Positions 51,663 through 64,000 of a stretch of DNA of 64,000 bases are shown here, one piece after another. Origin of the DNA: Phyllosticta citribraziliensis. Lineage: Eukaryota. The stretch spans positions 620,001-684,000 of the forward strand of contig NW_027117347.1 of NCBI RefSeq assembly GCF_038025025.1, written 5' to 3'. Position 1 is the first letter of the stretch. The number at the start of each line of letters is the position of its first letter. Below the pieces are notes generated by a model that was not told the DNA's origin, searched no databases, and saw only the letters and a program-made list of their open reading frames with translations. Made by a program: the position numbers and the translations under genes.

Positions 51663-53493
51663 ATGCCAGCCAAACACGCCCATCGCAATAGCGATGCCGA
51701 GCTAGCTCAGTACCGCTCGCTCCTGGGCTCATCGACGCCCGAGAACAACGGCATCACTGGCCTCACCGAGGACCTACTCAACGCGCCCCTCTTCTCCTGG
51801 AGCGTCAAGCGCGCGCTTTCCTCCACGCCGGCGGCCTTCACGCAGTACGCGTTGCTCGGCCACGAGAGGCGCCCACACCGCGGAAGAATCGACTGTGACG
51901 GCATTAGTGACGCACAACAAAACAATGAGCCTGAACCACTCTTTCTGAACACCAATGCCCCGTTTTCCGCCTTCCTGTGCGGTGCCCAGGGCTCCGGCAA
52001 GTCTCATTCCCTCTCATGCATCCTTGAAGGCTGCCTCCTGCCGCACGTGGCAACCATCGGTCGTCTGTCGCAGCCCCTCGCGGCCATCGTCTTCCACTAC
52101 GACGCGTGGAGTAGCAGCGGCGACGGCAGCAACGGCGGCGGCATCTGCGAGGCGGCGCATCTGGCGTCGCAGGGCGTGAAGGTGCGCGTCCTGGCCAGCC
52201 CGAGCAATTACTGGGCCCTGGAGAGGGCCTACCGCGAGGGCGTCAAGGGCGGCAAGGTCGAGGTCGGCGTGCTGAGGTTGAGCGAGGGCGATTTGAGCGC
52301 GAAGAGGATGCTCACTCTCATGGCGTTGGACAGCAAGGATGGCCGCGTGCCGTTGTACATGGAGGTATGTTGGTCTGTCCATCTTGCTCCGTGAGAGCGA
52401 GTGCGTTGACGAGGAGCCGTCGTGTGTGCTTTGCTGAACGACTGCTAATGTGCTGTTTGGTGAGCAGGTTATCCACCGCATCCTTCGCGATATGGGCGCC
52501 GCCGCTCAAGGACGAACGGGCTTCGACTACAGGCGCTTCAAGCAGCTCCTCGACGCCGAGCGCTTCTCCGCCGACCAGCGTGGACCGCTGAACTTGCGCA
52601 TGCAGTTGTTGGAATCCTTGATGAACCTGCCTTCATCATCGCGTCTGCCCAACACGCAAAAGTCAAACACCACCACGGCCAGCCTGTTCGCGCCGGAGCC
52701 CGGAACCTTGACCATCGTCGACCTCTCCGACCCCTTCATCGACCCATCTAGCGCCTGCACGCTTTTCGGCGTTGCGCTCTCGCTCTTTCTCGAGCACGGC
52801 GCTTCGAAGCCTCTAACAGGCCGCGTCATCGCTCTCGACGAAGCTCACAAATACCTTTCGACCTCTTCGGAAACGGCTTCATCGGCGGCCGCAGCCCGCT
52901 TCACATCTTCTCTGCTCTCAGCCATCCGCCTGCAGCGCCACGCCGGCGTGCGCATCGTGATCGCTACCCAAGAGCCGACCGTCGACCCGCGGCTGCTCGA
53001 CCTGTGCAGCTTGACCATTGTCCACCGCTTCGGCAGTCCCGCGTGGATGGGCGTCTTGGGACGTCACTTGGCCGCCGGAGGAGGAGCCAGCAAGGGCCTC
53101 GCGCACCACGTCGACGACGCCGACGGCGTAATGAAGAACTCGGACGAGCTTTTCGACGAAATCGTCCAGATGGGCGTCGGCGAGTGTTTGGTGTTTTGCC
53201 CGAGCGGTGTTGTGAGGACCGATCAGGAGGTGGATGGCGGCCGAGGCGACGAAAGATCGGTCAGGAGGCTGGGAAGAGAGGTCTTGAGGTGCAAGACCAG
53301 AGCTAGAATCACTAGCGATGGTGGAAGGAGCATTTTGAGCATGAGAGAGATGGGCGAATCTCTGAAGGAGATCGAGGAGCAGCAGGTGGTGCAGAAGACA
53401 GGACAGGAGGCTACAAATGAGGAAGAAAAGAAAGGAGGACGGCATGAGAAGCGTGCTAGGAAGGCAGTCAAGCAGCAGCCAGCTCGTGAGTAG
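51663..53493 (+). CDS. P-loop NTPase with HerA/FtsK/VirB4-like motif layout; intron 52365-52467
   Basis: Walker A CGAQGSGKSHS, LTIVDLS, Walker B VIALDEAHKY, RLQRHAGVRIVIATQEP, TIVHRF. Confidence 0.85.
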
Positions 53494-56400
53494 GAGGGAT
53501 AGAGACTCCGGCAGGAAGTGAGGGAAAAGAGAGGATGGGGCGCAACGAGAGACGAGCTACTTGGAAGGTCAAGCCAAAGCCAGGTCGTGAGAAAAGGGGA
53601 CGAGGGGATCGCAATGGTCACAGGGTGAGTCAACAAGGAGGGAAAAGCAGAAAGAGGAGACAGGATTGGGGAAGATTGGAATCAGAGACCGGTCTAAAGA
53701 AAGGGAGTAGGTAGACGTCCAATTTTGGAATAGAAACGGGCAATCCGCTTGGATAAAGGGAACAGTGTTCAAGAGGACAACGTGAGAAGTGAATCAGCAG
53801 GACCAGCGCCTCCCTGAACACGTCTGTTCCTCCTCCCAGCGAGGAACCTTCATGGCTTTGCCCCTCTGACCTCACAGTAACACAGCAGGTCTCAAAGCTT
53901 TGACGCTGACTGACAACTCCTCAGGTAAAGCCATAGTGGTGAATGACGGTTTCTAGGTATGGCCATACCGGTGAGGGACTGCTCTCAGGGCGATATAGCC
54001 AAAGTGTAATATTTTCCTCGACACTCGCTGTAGGATTCGACACGTTATGCGAAAAGGGGTCGCCGGGATCTTCGTTTTCATTGCGGATACGGAACAGGCG
54101 ACATTCCAGAAGTCTTTCTCTGGCATATCCTCGACTCGAAGACCACAGAGCCAAACTGTCTGCCGAGGGCGTTAGTCCCAATAAGTCGGCTCGGTCGTCG
54201 ATCCGGCTTTGCACATGCAGCGTCCCGCGGTGATTATCAGCGGCGGCACAACCCCTCTACCACCACACCTCAAAACACGATCCTTAGGCATCTAGCAGCC
54301 GATATGTCGTTGAGCTGCCCGTCTCTTGGTTCCGCTCCACTGTAAGTTCGAGGGCAGCGATATCCTGTTCGGATACTTGTCCGGCCCACGCGAAGCGAGA
54401 TCTGATCTTGCTCGGCATGAGATCACGCAATCCAAGAGACGAGCCAGGGTTTGGTAGTGTAGCGGAAGGGTTGGAGATGCCGAAATTGCGCATGCTCGAA
54501 GGTGAAAGGGGCGCAGCTGGGTCCTGTATCTGATCCTGGATAAGACACGCTGAATGGTTGAGCGTTGAATCGGCGGATTAGGATCTTGAGGTTGAAGATT
54601 GTTTGCCCTTGTGATCCACTGGTGACACCAGATGGTCGAAGGCGCCGAGGTGAGAAGATATTGCTCGCTCTATAGACGTGATGGCGTGCATAGCGCTCCA
54701 TTCGATTTGTTTTGCCACTGATTTGCGAACGGCTTTCATGCAGGACCTGGAGTTTCTGATTACGGCATCATCAGCTGTGGTGTCCAAACATCCGCAGTTG
54801 GAAAAAGTTCGGTTCTCAACAACTATGCCACAAAAGACGTCCCGGTTCCGCGTGGGGTTGGAGGTAATTCTGCGAACTCGCAACAAGCTTTCTCTTCCTA
54901 CGCTCGTGGACGTCAGGATTCGGAAGGTCACTCGCACGTAGGCTCCGATATTTTGAAAGATGATGTATTCCCGCACCGAGACCACATGTTTGCGAGATTT
55001 TGGCAGTAAGAGGCATGCAGTGCGGGCTCGCGGTGCCTCGGGAGTCCACCCACACGCAAGTCCATCATCGTGCGGCAATCGCGCTGATAATCTGAATCTT
55101 CGGCAGTCTTTGCCGTGACTTCATCGTGTGGCCGTCCTCGAGCATGCTCGTGTGCAGCGTCGCCGGGACGAGCAATTTTCTGCAGCTAACGACAAGATGA
55201 AACCGAGCATCTGACACAAGACAGCGAGGATGGAACACATGAAACTGTTCGACTGTCCAGAAAGGTTTGACAGCTGCATCTTTCATCTTTTGTTCAGTAT
55301 CAAGCCTTGAGGATGTCTTTGGCCAGATCTTAGTCAGCCCGGAAACTAAGCAGGGGCTCACACGGACGGCTCGTCGGTTGCAGAAACCGATTCTCAACGT
55401 TTGAAGTTAGACTGAGGGACTGTGCCGATGGACCAGGACCTTGGAAGGGTGATCTTTTGCCAAGATGACCCGAGGATCTGGGTTCGTCCGATGAAGTACC
55501 AGGACTTGGAGCTATTTCGAAGCGGTAGATAATAACCAAGCTCTGAAGTGGTGGAGATCTTCGCATTTGACATTTTGAAGAGCCCTGAAACACTTGGTCT
55601 TCCAAGGATCACATGGCAGGATGTGAAGGTAGTGTCTAGTAAGTGGTAGGATTTTGCTTTGGGTTGGCAGCTGTAACGCAGCCTTCGGGACAGCTGGAGA
55701 CGTGTGGAGCTCGTGCTGGCTTAGTCTTTAAACACAGACTACTGTTCCGCCCGCACAGACAAGGGGCGTGATGGTCTTTCATGCCTTCCCCTTCACTTTC
55801 CGATTGATGCCATGTAAGGCATCCAGAGCCATAAGGTTAAGTGTCTCAGTAACCGGGTCGAAGGTAGCCAGCCTATATTCTGTGATCGAAAGATTTGCAA
55901 AGCCCAAGAGTCGCTATCCGGGAAACAGGTTGTACGTCCTTTGCACAATGGCTGTGCTTACTTTTCGGTGCACGCTGTAAGCCATTGCCTAGAATGATCA
56001 GCGCCCAGTCTGCAGGTTTATCAAAACTGCCGTGATGATGAAATTAGTGCGTAAAGGCGGAGGGTGAATTAGGGAGTTCTTGCTATAGATTGATTTAAGC
56101 TATGCTGGGTTTAATAAATAGAAGTGATAGATAATACGAGTAGGCCACTCACATCTCGTGATATACGAAGAGCTTTGCCGAGACGGCAACGTATCATTTG
56201 TAATGCGAGGATGAATGCTGCCTCAGGCGATTCGTGTAGTAGTAAGCTGTTGTGCGGGACAAATTGACCTTCATCCCAGGGGCATGGTGTTCTTTCCTGA
56301 AATAGTAGGAGGACAATGCCTGTGATGGCCCAAAAGGGATCCAGGACGGTTCTTTTAGGAAGGCATTTCAGGGATAGGTATCCAATGTGGTGGTGTTCCT

Positions 56401-57345
56401 CGCCACGAGCTGCCAGACCGGTCGTCAGGCTTGTCCCTCGGGCATGTAGATATGAACATGGGACTTCGGTGATGACGGCATATCTTGTTTAACTCAAGTG
56501 TCCAGTCACGGGCGCTCATACAGAGAACCGAGATGCGTCGCCAATGGCATCGGGGATTTTTTTTTTTCCAACATGATCAGTGGTTAGATGGAGATGGGCT
56601 TTCAGGGTGGAAGCGAGGTGGTGGTTCGTGTCCACAGGGATCTCCCGATGATGAGTAACCCACGTCACTCGATGCCGGATTGGACGGAGAGTTTGCACAA
56701 TAGTTGGCTCTGGCTGCTGGACACCATGGCTTGCAACGGGCAGACGATTCGGCACGTAGCTAGCTTTCGGGTCTTGTCAACGGTGTCTGGCGTGGGTACG
56801 CAGGGCTGGTGGGTCGGATCAGATTACCGCGGGCGAAAATGGGAGCAAAGTGAAGGGAGAAGAACAGGAGTTGGTTGGTGTGTGTGAGAGCTGGGGTTGC
56901 AGATGGAGCGGGATCAACGCAGGGTTTGACGGAGGCGGCTAGGCCTAAAGGGGAAGAGCTTGCGAGGCGAGCGTTCCGCGTCATGCTAGCGCAAGCTTCC
57001 CCCAGCTTCACCATGTCTGCATGTGTCGAGCTCATGTTTCCCTCGTACCTATTTCGCGGTAGGCTTTTCTGTCTGCCTAATGACCGTCGCACTCTCTCTG
57101 CATGCAACGCCCTAGCAGCATGTACCTGATGGCACCAGCGTCGTCCTTTTTGATCTGACCAGTTGGCCCATTTTCTGGCGCTGGTCAAGGTCATTCATTT
57201 CTCAAAAGTCTTCGACCCCCCGGCAATCACTGGACTTATATACCCGCTTTCCGCCGGTGCGTCGCGCATACGGGGTCCTGGCCTCCGTTCTCTTGCCTGT
57301 TACGGTCATTCTTGCGATTTTTGTTCCTATCTAGCCTCGCAGACT

Positions 57346-59638
57346 ATGGTCTATACCGGCAAACCGAGTCGTGGATGCCAGACATGTAAAAGCCGCAGGA
57401 TCCGCGTAAGAGACCTCTCCGCCTTACACCCCATACAAGATTGGTCTTTGGACCTTTGCACTGGATTGGCTGACCGCATCCCAGTGTGATGAAGGGCGTC
57501 CGACGTGCCAAAAATGCCAGAAGTCTGGTCGATCTTGTCCAGGGTTTCCGGACGAGTTCGACCTCATGTTCCGCAATGAGAATGCCGCCGTCGTCCGTAG
57601 GGTGCGCAGGCAGGCTTCCAAGACGAGATCAAGTCCGACAGCTACAAGTTCGAGGTATGCGGGCGCCAGTCTTATGTTAACGCGCAACCGTTCCATCACT
57701 CTTTCAAACTGCAAAGCTTCCGGTCCTTTTATATTCTTGCGGCCTCCACCATCGAACAGCTCAAGCGTGTGCATCCTTGGCGTAACGCTCCAGCCATTGT
57801 GACCGTTTTACTTTCATGCGAACACGAGTCTAACCGAGCAGGCCCAGCAGCGAGTCTCCGAAAGACGGTGATGATGAAAAGCGAATCCTTCCTCCCGCAC
57901 AGAGATCGAGCGCTCCGAGGACAGATTCTTTCAATGTCGCGGACCAATCACCGTCGAAGAATACCCAGCGCCCTCAAAAGCTGACTTTCACCTCTACTAT
58001 CAAAACGCCGATCGAGACGCAGGCTACTTCTTTCTTCTTCCAAAATTTTGTCATTCCTCCGAGACAGTCAAAGACAGTAGATACTTTCCTTAATTGCCTC
58101 GTTCCCTACTACAACTCAGCCAACATGTCGTCCGCTTTGCACCTCGCAACAAATGCGGTATCACTATCCGCTTTCGGCAAGGATCCAAGTCGTGGAGCAA
58201 CAGCCCAAGAAGCTGGACGAGCGTATGGCAAAGCTCTACGCAAAGTGGGAGAGGCTTTGCAAGACCCAGCTTCAGCGGCAACGGATGAGACAATCTTGTC
58301 CATTCTGCTCTTTGCCCTGTACGAGGTACATCCCAACCACAAGCCTTTTGCAAATTGCCGCGGCCTCCCCGCTGAAGAAATCCAAAACCTGTGTTGAGAA
58401 AGATGTTTGATGCCCCCGAACAGGTACGCTGACAATGCATGCAGTCAATAATGTCTACCAACGATTCGATCACGGCTTGGAAACATCATATCAGCGGCGC
58501 CGTAACTCTGACCAAGTTACGGGGCGCAGATGGCTTCTCGACGGAGCATTCTCGCCAGATTTTCCATGCGGTAAGAGCCATGATGGTAAGTCAATATTCG
58601 GTGTATATGGCCAACCCAGCTAAACTTCTGTAGTTGTCCACTTCGATTCAAAAGTGTATAGCCATTGAGGATTTTTCAAGCAGCAACCACTGGCATATCG
58701 AAGACGAAAACCCGCCGAATCGACTTACCCTCATGTCCATGGGGGTCGCAAATATTCGCGCGGAGCTCAAAAAAGTCCTAGATATGCCGGATGGCGTGCA
58801 GAAGGTGACCGAAGCTCGAAAATTACTCGAATCTGCGATCAAAGTCGACAATTCGCTGCAGACGTGGTGGGATTGGTTGCCCGATAAGTGGCAACCCAGA
58901 ACCGTGTCCATGGTCTACGAGTTAGATCCAGATGTGCAGCAAGCCGCACGGTGGCTGGGACCAGTTCACGTCTACCCTGACATTTATGCTGCTCACGTCC
59001 TGAATGACTACCGCATCTGTCGCATCACGACCCAGACTGTCGTCCTTGCGGCTTGTTCAGCAATCTCACCGGATCTTTCAGATGAAGAAGCCGCGGCAAT
59101 GACAAGGCGCGCTCGTTATATCACTCAAACACTGGTCGACGACGTCTGCGCTAGTGTACCCTTCCACTTGGACTACAGTGTGCAGCAACAAGCCGATGTA
59201 GGGCCACAAGACCGGCAAGGTAGGATTTGACCACAACATCATACTGTACTCTATAGGCTAATTTACGAACAAGCTGCGGAAGCTCTAGGCGGCTACCTCC
59301 TGGTTTGGCACATTTTTGTTTGCGCCAACCTCGAAACCCTATCTCCTCTACAACGTTCGTGGCTACAAGGTCGTCTCAGCTACGTGGGTCGGGTCGGGGT
59401 TATCCAAGCTCAAGTCTTGTCAATGGTCCGGCGCCGTGAGGACGCAAACAAGTTCGACAGCCCTGGCCCGGCTGGACCCATTCCTGGACCTCTGACTCTG
59501 TCAACGGCCACGGAAGCTTTGAGCGGCATGACCCTCGATGCGGGCATTCAGAGCTTGAATTATGACGAACTTGCGCAGCGAGCCGCTGGCCAAGTCGGGC
59601 ATGGCACGAGGCTTCCTGCAACGGTCCAGTCAAAGTGA
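57346..59638 (+). CDS. Zn(II)2Cys6 transcription factor, multi-intron (first intron 57406-57484; internal exons not all resolved)
   Basis: MVYTGKPSRGCQTCKSRRIR|CDEGRPTCQKCQKSGRSCPG...LMFRNE; later blocks ATDETILSILLFALYE, WKHHISGA, DDVCASVPFHL, GGYLLVWH. Confidence 0.88.
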
Positions 59639-60079
59639 TGGTTCTGGCTGGAACCGTACCGGCTCCAAAACATCACGTATCTAGTCTTGTAATTACATGC
59701 CGACTATGTACCATGAATGGAATCTGTTGGCGTTGGAAAAAATGCATCCACACTCAGAACTGTATTGCTTCTGATTTTGCTTCCTTGGGTCTGCTGCCCC
59801 CCGTGAGACTAAAACATGCCACCCGGACACATCTTGACTTTCAAAATAGGAAAATAGTGACAGCTCCGAATAAATGGAACATACGTTAGCAGCATTTGAG
59901 CATGCTCAACTAAGTCCCGAGTATTCATTGCCCAAGCCGGGGGCATCGACCAACGGCATCTATGATGTAAAGACGGCTTGTGATTGGCTGTCGGCCGAAA
60001 CCACCCCCGGATTGCCAAGCGCGTGCCCCAAGACGACGACCCTCCACCGATCGACGACATCACCATCCAACCACACACA

Positions 60080-61119
60080 ATGGCTTCGAGATTCAGTCCA
60101 TTTGCCCTGCGATCGAGCATCCGGGCGGCCAGATGGGCACCGCGGCCCCAATGGCGCTCCTTTGCGACTACTTCCCGCGCGCAGAGTGATTCGCTCATGG
60201 TCGTACGTGCTCTCTCCACGTCTCGACGGCGCCGACAACAGGCCGCCATGACATCCGGGGAATAACCAGCTGACGATTGTGTGGCCATCAACTACAGCAC
60301 AGGGACACGCCCGAGAACAACCCAAACATCCCGTTCAAGTTCAACGAGCAGAATGAGAAGCTCATCGAAGAAATCCTCGCCCGCTACCCGAGCCAGTACA
60401 AGAAGGCGGCCGTCATGCCGCTGCTCGACCTCGGCCAGCGCCAGCACGGCTTCACCAGCCTCAGCGTCATGAATGAGGTCGCCCGCCTCCTGGATATGCC
60501 GCCCATGCGCGTCTACGAGGTCGCAACCTTCTACACAATGTACAACCGCACGCCCGTGGGCAAGTACCACGTCCAGTGCTGCACAACGGTATGGCATGAC
60601 TTCGGGGGAATTGGGGAACGCGGAGTGGACTGAGGGGAAGATCGCCATCATCATCAACAGGACACTGGGGCTGACAGCCGCGAAAAACAGACGCCATGCA
60701 TGCTGCGCAACAGTGATAGCATCATGAAGGCCATCGAGGAGGAGCTGGGCGTCCACCCGGGCCACACGACCCAGGACGGCCTGTTCACCTTTACCGAAGT
60801 CGAGTGCCTTGGCGCGTGCGCCAACGCCCCCATGGTCCAGATCAACGACGACTACTACGAGGACCTCACCGCCGACAAGACAAAGTCGCTGCTCAAAGCG
60901 CTGAGGGCCTCGGCCCAGGCCACGGGCGAGGCCGCCACCGGCGTCGACGCTGAAATCAACCCCCAGGACAGGACGTACACGGCAGGCGGTGTCAAGATTC
61001 CGGCGCCGGGCCCGCTGAGCGGAAGGCAGACGTGTGAGCCGCACACGGGTTTGACGGCTCTGACGGGCGAGCCCTGGAGCAATGAGGTCTTTAGAAAGGA
61101 TGGCGCTCTCGACGGTTAG
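60080..61119 (+). CDS. NDUFV2: NADH:ubiquinone oxidoreductase 24 kDa subunit; introns 60203-60297 and 60589-60690
   Basis: Arg/Ser-rich presequence, [35 protein letters not shown], 2Fe-2S ligands CTT|TPC and [10 protein letters not shown]. Confidence 0.96.
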
Positions 61120-61794
61120 ATTGTAAAGTATGACGAATACCTCAAACAAGCAATTGTACGATGGGACTTTTTGCAGCCCTTTTAGGGTGCTTCCAGAAGC
61201 GGTCATAGAATATGGCAAACAGAGCGCGAATACACGGTTCTTATTTATCCTGTGTCAAAAGCCGTCAGTGGCATTGGTTCTGGAGACGAAGGATAAGTTC
61301 CCGGCCGTCTTCGAACGAAACAAAAGTTCCGGCCACAACTCGACTGGCCATGTCGTGAACAGAGCGACGTTGATGCATCAACAGCGTCTCCTTTCAACAT
61401 CTCTGCGCTTCTGTTGCAACTCCCTCGGAACCTATGATTAAGCTGTACAGAGCTAATCCGTCGAGTCAAAGATTCTCTGAATTGAGCAACTTCAGGCCAA
61501 CATTCGATTGAAGTGGGGGGATTCGAAAGTCAGCCAATTTCTTCATTACGAATTTGATTGAATTCTGCATGACTTTGATTGGCCGCCTCCTAACATCAAG
61601 AGTGACACAGGGGATGACAAAACACTTTTGAAAGGGTTCTTCCTTAAAACGCCCATACACTTTTCCCCAGTAGGTCCGTAAATAAGATCCACAAACGCCA
61701 ACGCTGTGCAGCAAAGGAAGCATCCCAAAGCCCAGCCCGGTCCGGTCCGGTCCGCATGGATCCCATCCCGCACACGTCCCATAGAGAATTTCCG

Positions 61795-63193
61795 TTATTC
61801 CTCAGTCGCCAACACCATCTTCTCCCTCTCGCTCCTCCGCCTGACTTCGCCCTTGCGGCTATGTCTCCTCTCGTTCTCCTCTCTCCGCTTGAGGGCGGCA
61901 AGCTCCTCCTTCTTGATCTCGCCTGCCTTCTTGACCGTCTTGGGCACGTGCCTGTGCCGTGCGATACGCCGAACCTCGGGCATGTGCTTGTAGCGCTGCT
62001 TGAGCGCCTCGTCGTATTCGAGCTTCTGCCGCTCGGCGGCCGACTTGACGCCTTGCCGTGCTGACGCCTTCGCTCTCCACAGCCGCACATTGCCGTCGTC
62101 CGAGCCAGAAAGAATGTAAGAGTTGTCGGGAGTCCAGGCGCATGAGAAGACGCGCTGCATGCGCTTGGTGTGGTAAACGTCGCGTGAGTGGCCTTGCCCG
62201 CGCTGCCACAGCCGTACGCTACGATCGTAGGACGCAGACACAAGCTCTTCGCCCGTCGGCGACCAGTCGACGTCCATGACGGCGGCAACGTGGTCTCTGA
62301 GGACGTTGAGCGCGCGCTTCATGTTCCGCACGTCGAAAATATAAACATTGTGGTCTTCGCTGGCGGCGGCAAAGTTGAACGCTTCCATTGGGTTCCAGGC
62401 AATGGCGTTGCAGGCCAGCGTCATGACGGAGCGGTGGAGGGGCGAAGACGTGCGGAGGTCGTACAGTACAATGGAGCGATCCGATGCGGCCGAGGCGAGA
62501 ATCGACGTCTCTGTCTGGTTGAGGGAGACAGCGTTGATCGTGTCAATGGCCGTTGGCCATGCGATGGTCTGCGTCGGATTCGAGGCTGGCCTCGTGGTAT
62601 CGTAGATGGAAATCTGGGAGGAGGAAGACACGGCGATCGCTGGGTCACTGCGGTGATGGGTGATGCTGGTGAAGGCGCCTTGCCCAAGCCATGTCGCAAT
62701 CGGCCTGCTGCCAGAGGTCGTCTGGTACGGGTCAAACATCTTGACCGTCTTGTCCGTTCCGCAGGAGAGTATCTTTCGGTCGCGCGACCAGGCCATGCCG
62801 CGGACCATGTTTTCGTGCGCCTGCGCTTGCCATATCTCCTCCTGACTCGTCAGATCCCAAACCTTGACGACTCCGTCGCCGCTACCACTGGCAAAGTGCT
62901 CCAAGGACTCGGGATCTTTTGCGATTGAGTAGACTCCGTCGACGTGGCCCTTGCCGAGTTGAGCGAGGAAGGGTTTTGCAAACATGCGGTCCACTTTGGT
63001 CGCATTCAAGGCCCTCGTGTATTCCCGAGCTCTCTCGAAAGGATGTAGTGCCGGATCCAGGTTGCGAGGCGCGCGGGCGACATTGGTGCCCGGTGCCTGA
63101 TAGTCGGCCGCTGAGCGGGAAAGGGCTTTGATTTTCTGCCAGCATGTCAGTCTCCGTAAATTCAAGGCGAAGGTCAAGAGATTAGCATACCAT
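61795..63193 (-). CDS. SOF1: U3 snoRNP WD40 protein Sof1/DCAF13; first coding exon is the ATG only, intron 63190-63136
   Basis: M|KIKALSRS, RNLDPALHPFERAREYTRALNATK, WNPMEAFNF, YHTKRMQRVF, SGSDDGNVRLW, RIARHRHVPK. Confidence 0.95.
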
Positions 63194-63442
63194 GTTGGTG
63201 TGTGCGGAGGACAGGGTTCGCCGCAACGGCGAGAACTTTTGGACGTCAAAATGCTTGGCGCGGCCTGCGGGCGGTGAGCTCGAAACGCCGACGCCGACGC
63301 GACATCAGAGCTCCGGTACGGATCCAGCTACTGCCATCAGCCAGACATCAACAACCTATCATCACCACGCCGGAGCATCTCCCCGCTCATTTCCTCTCAA
63401 ACCTCTCACGTCCTCCCTAGACTCACCCTTCCACCACCCAAG

Positions 63443-64000
63443 ATGGCGCCAGCGGCCCCCGAAGACGCAAAGAGGATAGCAGAGGCCCAGAAGCTGGCAA
63501 AGAGTGAGCCGGGAAAGGCAGAGGCCATCTACCGCGACGTACTCTCCAGCGACCCGGGTTCCAGCGATGCTGCAATCAAGAACTTTGAGACGGCCCTCGT
63601 CTCCCTGGGCGAGCTGTACCGGGATCACAAAAAGGTGGACGAGCTGGGGGAGCTGATTCGGCAGACGCGCTCTGTCATGTCGACGTTTGCAAAGGCGAAG
63701 ACGGCGAAGCTTGGTGAGCAAGTTATCCATCGGCATCTTCACATTGACTGACTCTGTGAACAGTCCGTCAGCTTCTCGACTTCTTCACCGCCATCCCCAA
63801 CACGCTCGAAACCCAAATCACCGTCACCAAGTCATCCATCGAATGGGCCGTATCCGAGCGGAGAGGCTTCCTCCGACAAAACCTCGAGACTCGCCTCGTC
63901 TCGCTCTACATGCAGAAGCAAGCCTACTACGATGCCCTTACGCTCATCAACAGCTTGCTGAAGGAGCTGAAGCGCCTGGACGACAAGCTGGTGCTCGTCG
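63443..64000 (+). CDS. RPN6: 26S proteasome lid subunit Rpn6, 5' part truncated by the window; intron 63714-63763
   Basis: FAKAKTAKL|VRQLLD, IEWAVSERRGFLRQNLETRL, LLKELKRLDDKLVLV. Confidence 0.93.

Overview
Gene-dense, GC-rich, intron-containing DNA from a filamentous ascomycete (Pezizomycotina; Dothideomycete-like is an inference). I reconstructed about 23 spliced gene models by hand from GT/GC-AG sites and CTRAC branch points. Housekeeping and regulatory genes: DBP3, Fus3/Kss1-type MAPK, ERV1, HEM4, SF3B6/p14, JHD1, PRP2/DHX16-type helicase, Pil1/Lsp1-family eisosome protein, complex I 24 kDa subunit, SOF1, partial RPN6, GH47 mannosidase, GST and two Zn2Cys6 factors. Most notable: (1) an intronless proteobacterial-type thymidine phosphorylase (deoA-like) between intron-rich fungal genes, a likely horizontal transfer; (2) a divergent Cys-tailed bZIP/ACR3 pair, a candidate arsenic sensing and efflux module; (3) a HerA/FtsK-like P-loop ATPase; (4) a 57-aa Cys/His microprotein in three exons that the ORF track misses; (5) a secreted protein with RGLNxT repeats; (6) several splicing oddities. 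I recognised no rRNA, tRNA, CRISPR array or transposon. All homology calls come from motif recognition, not database searches.
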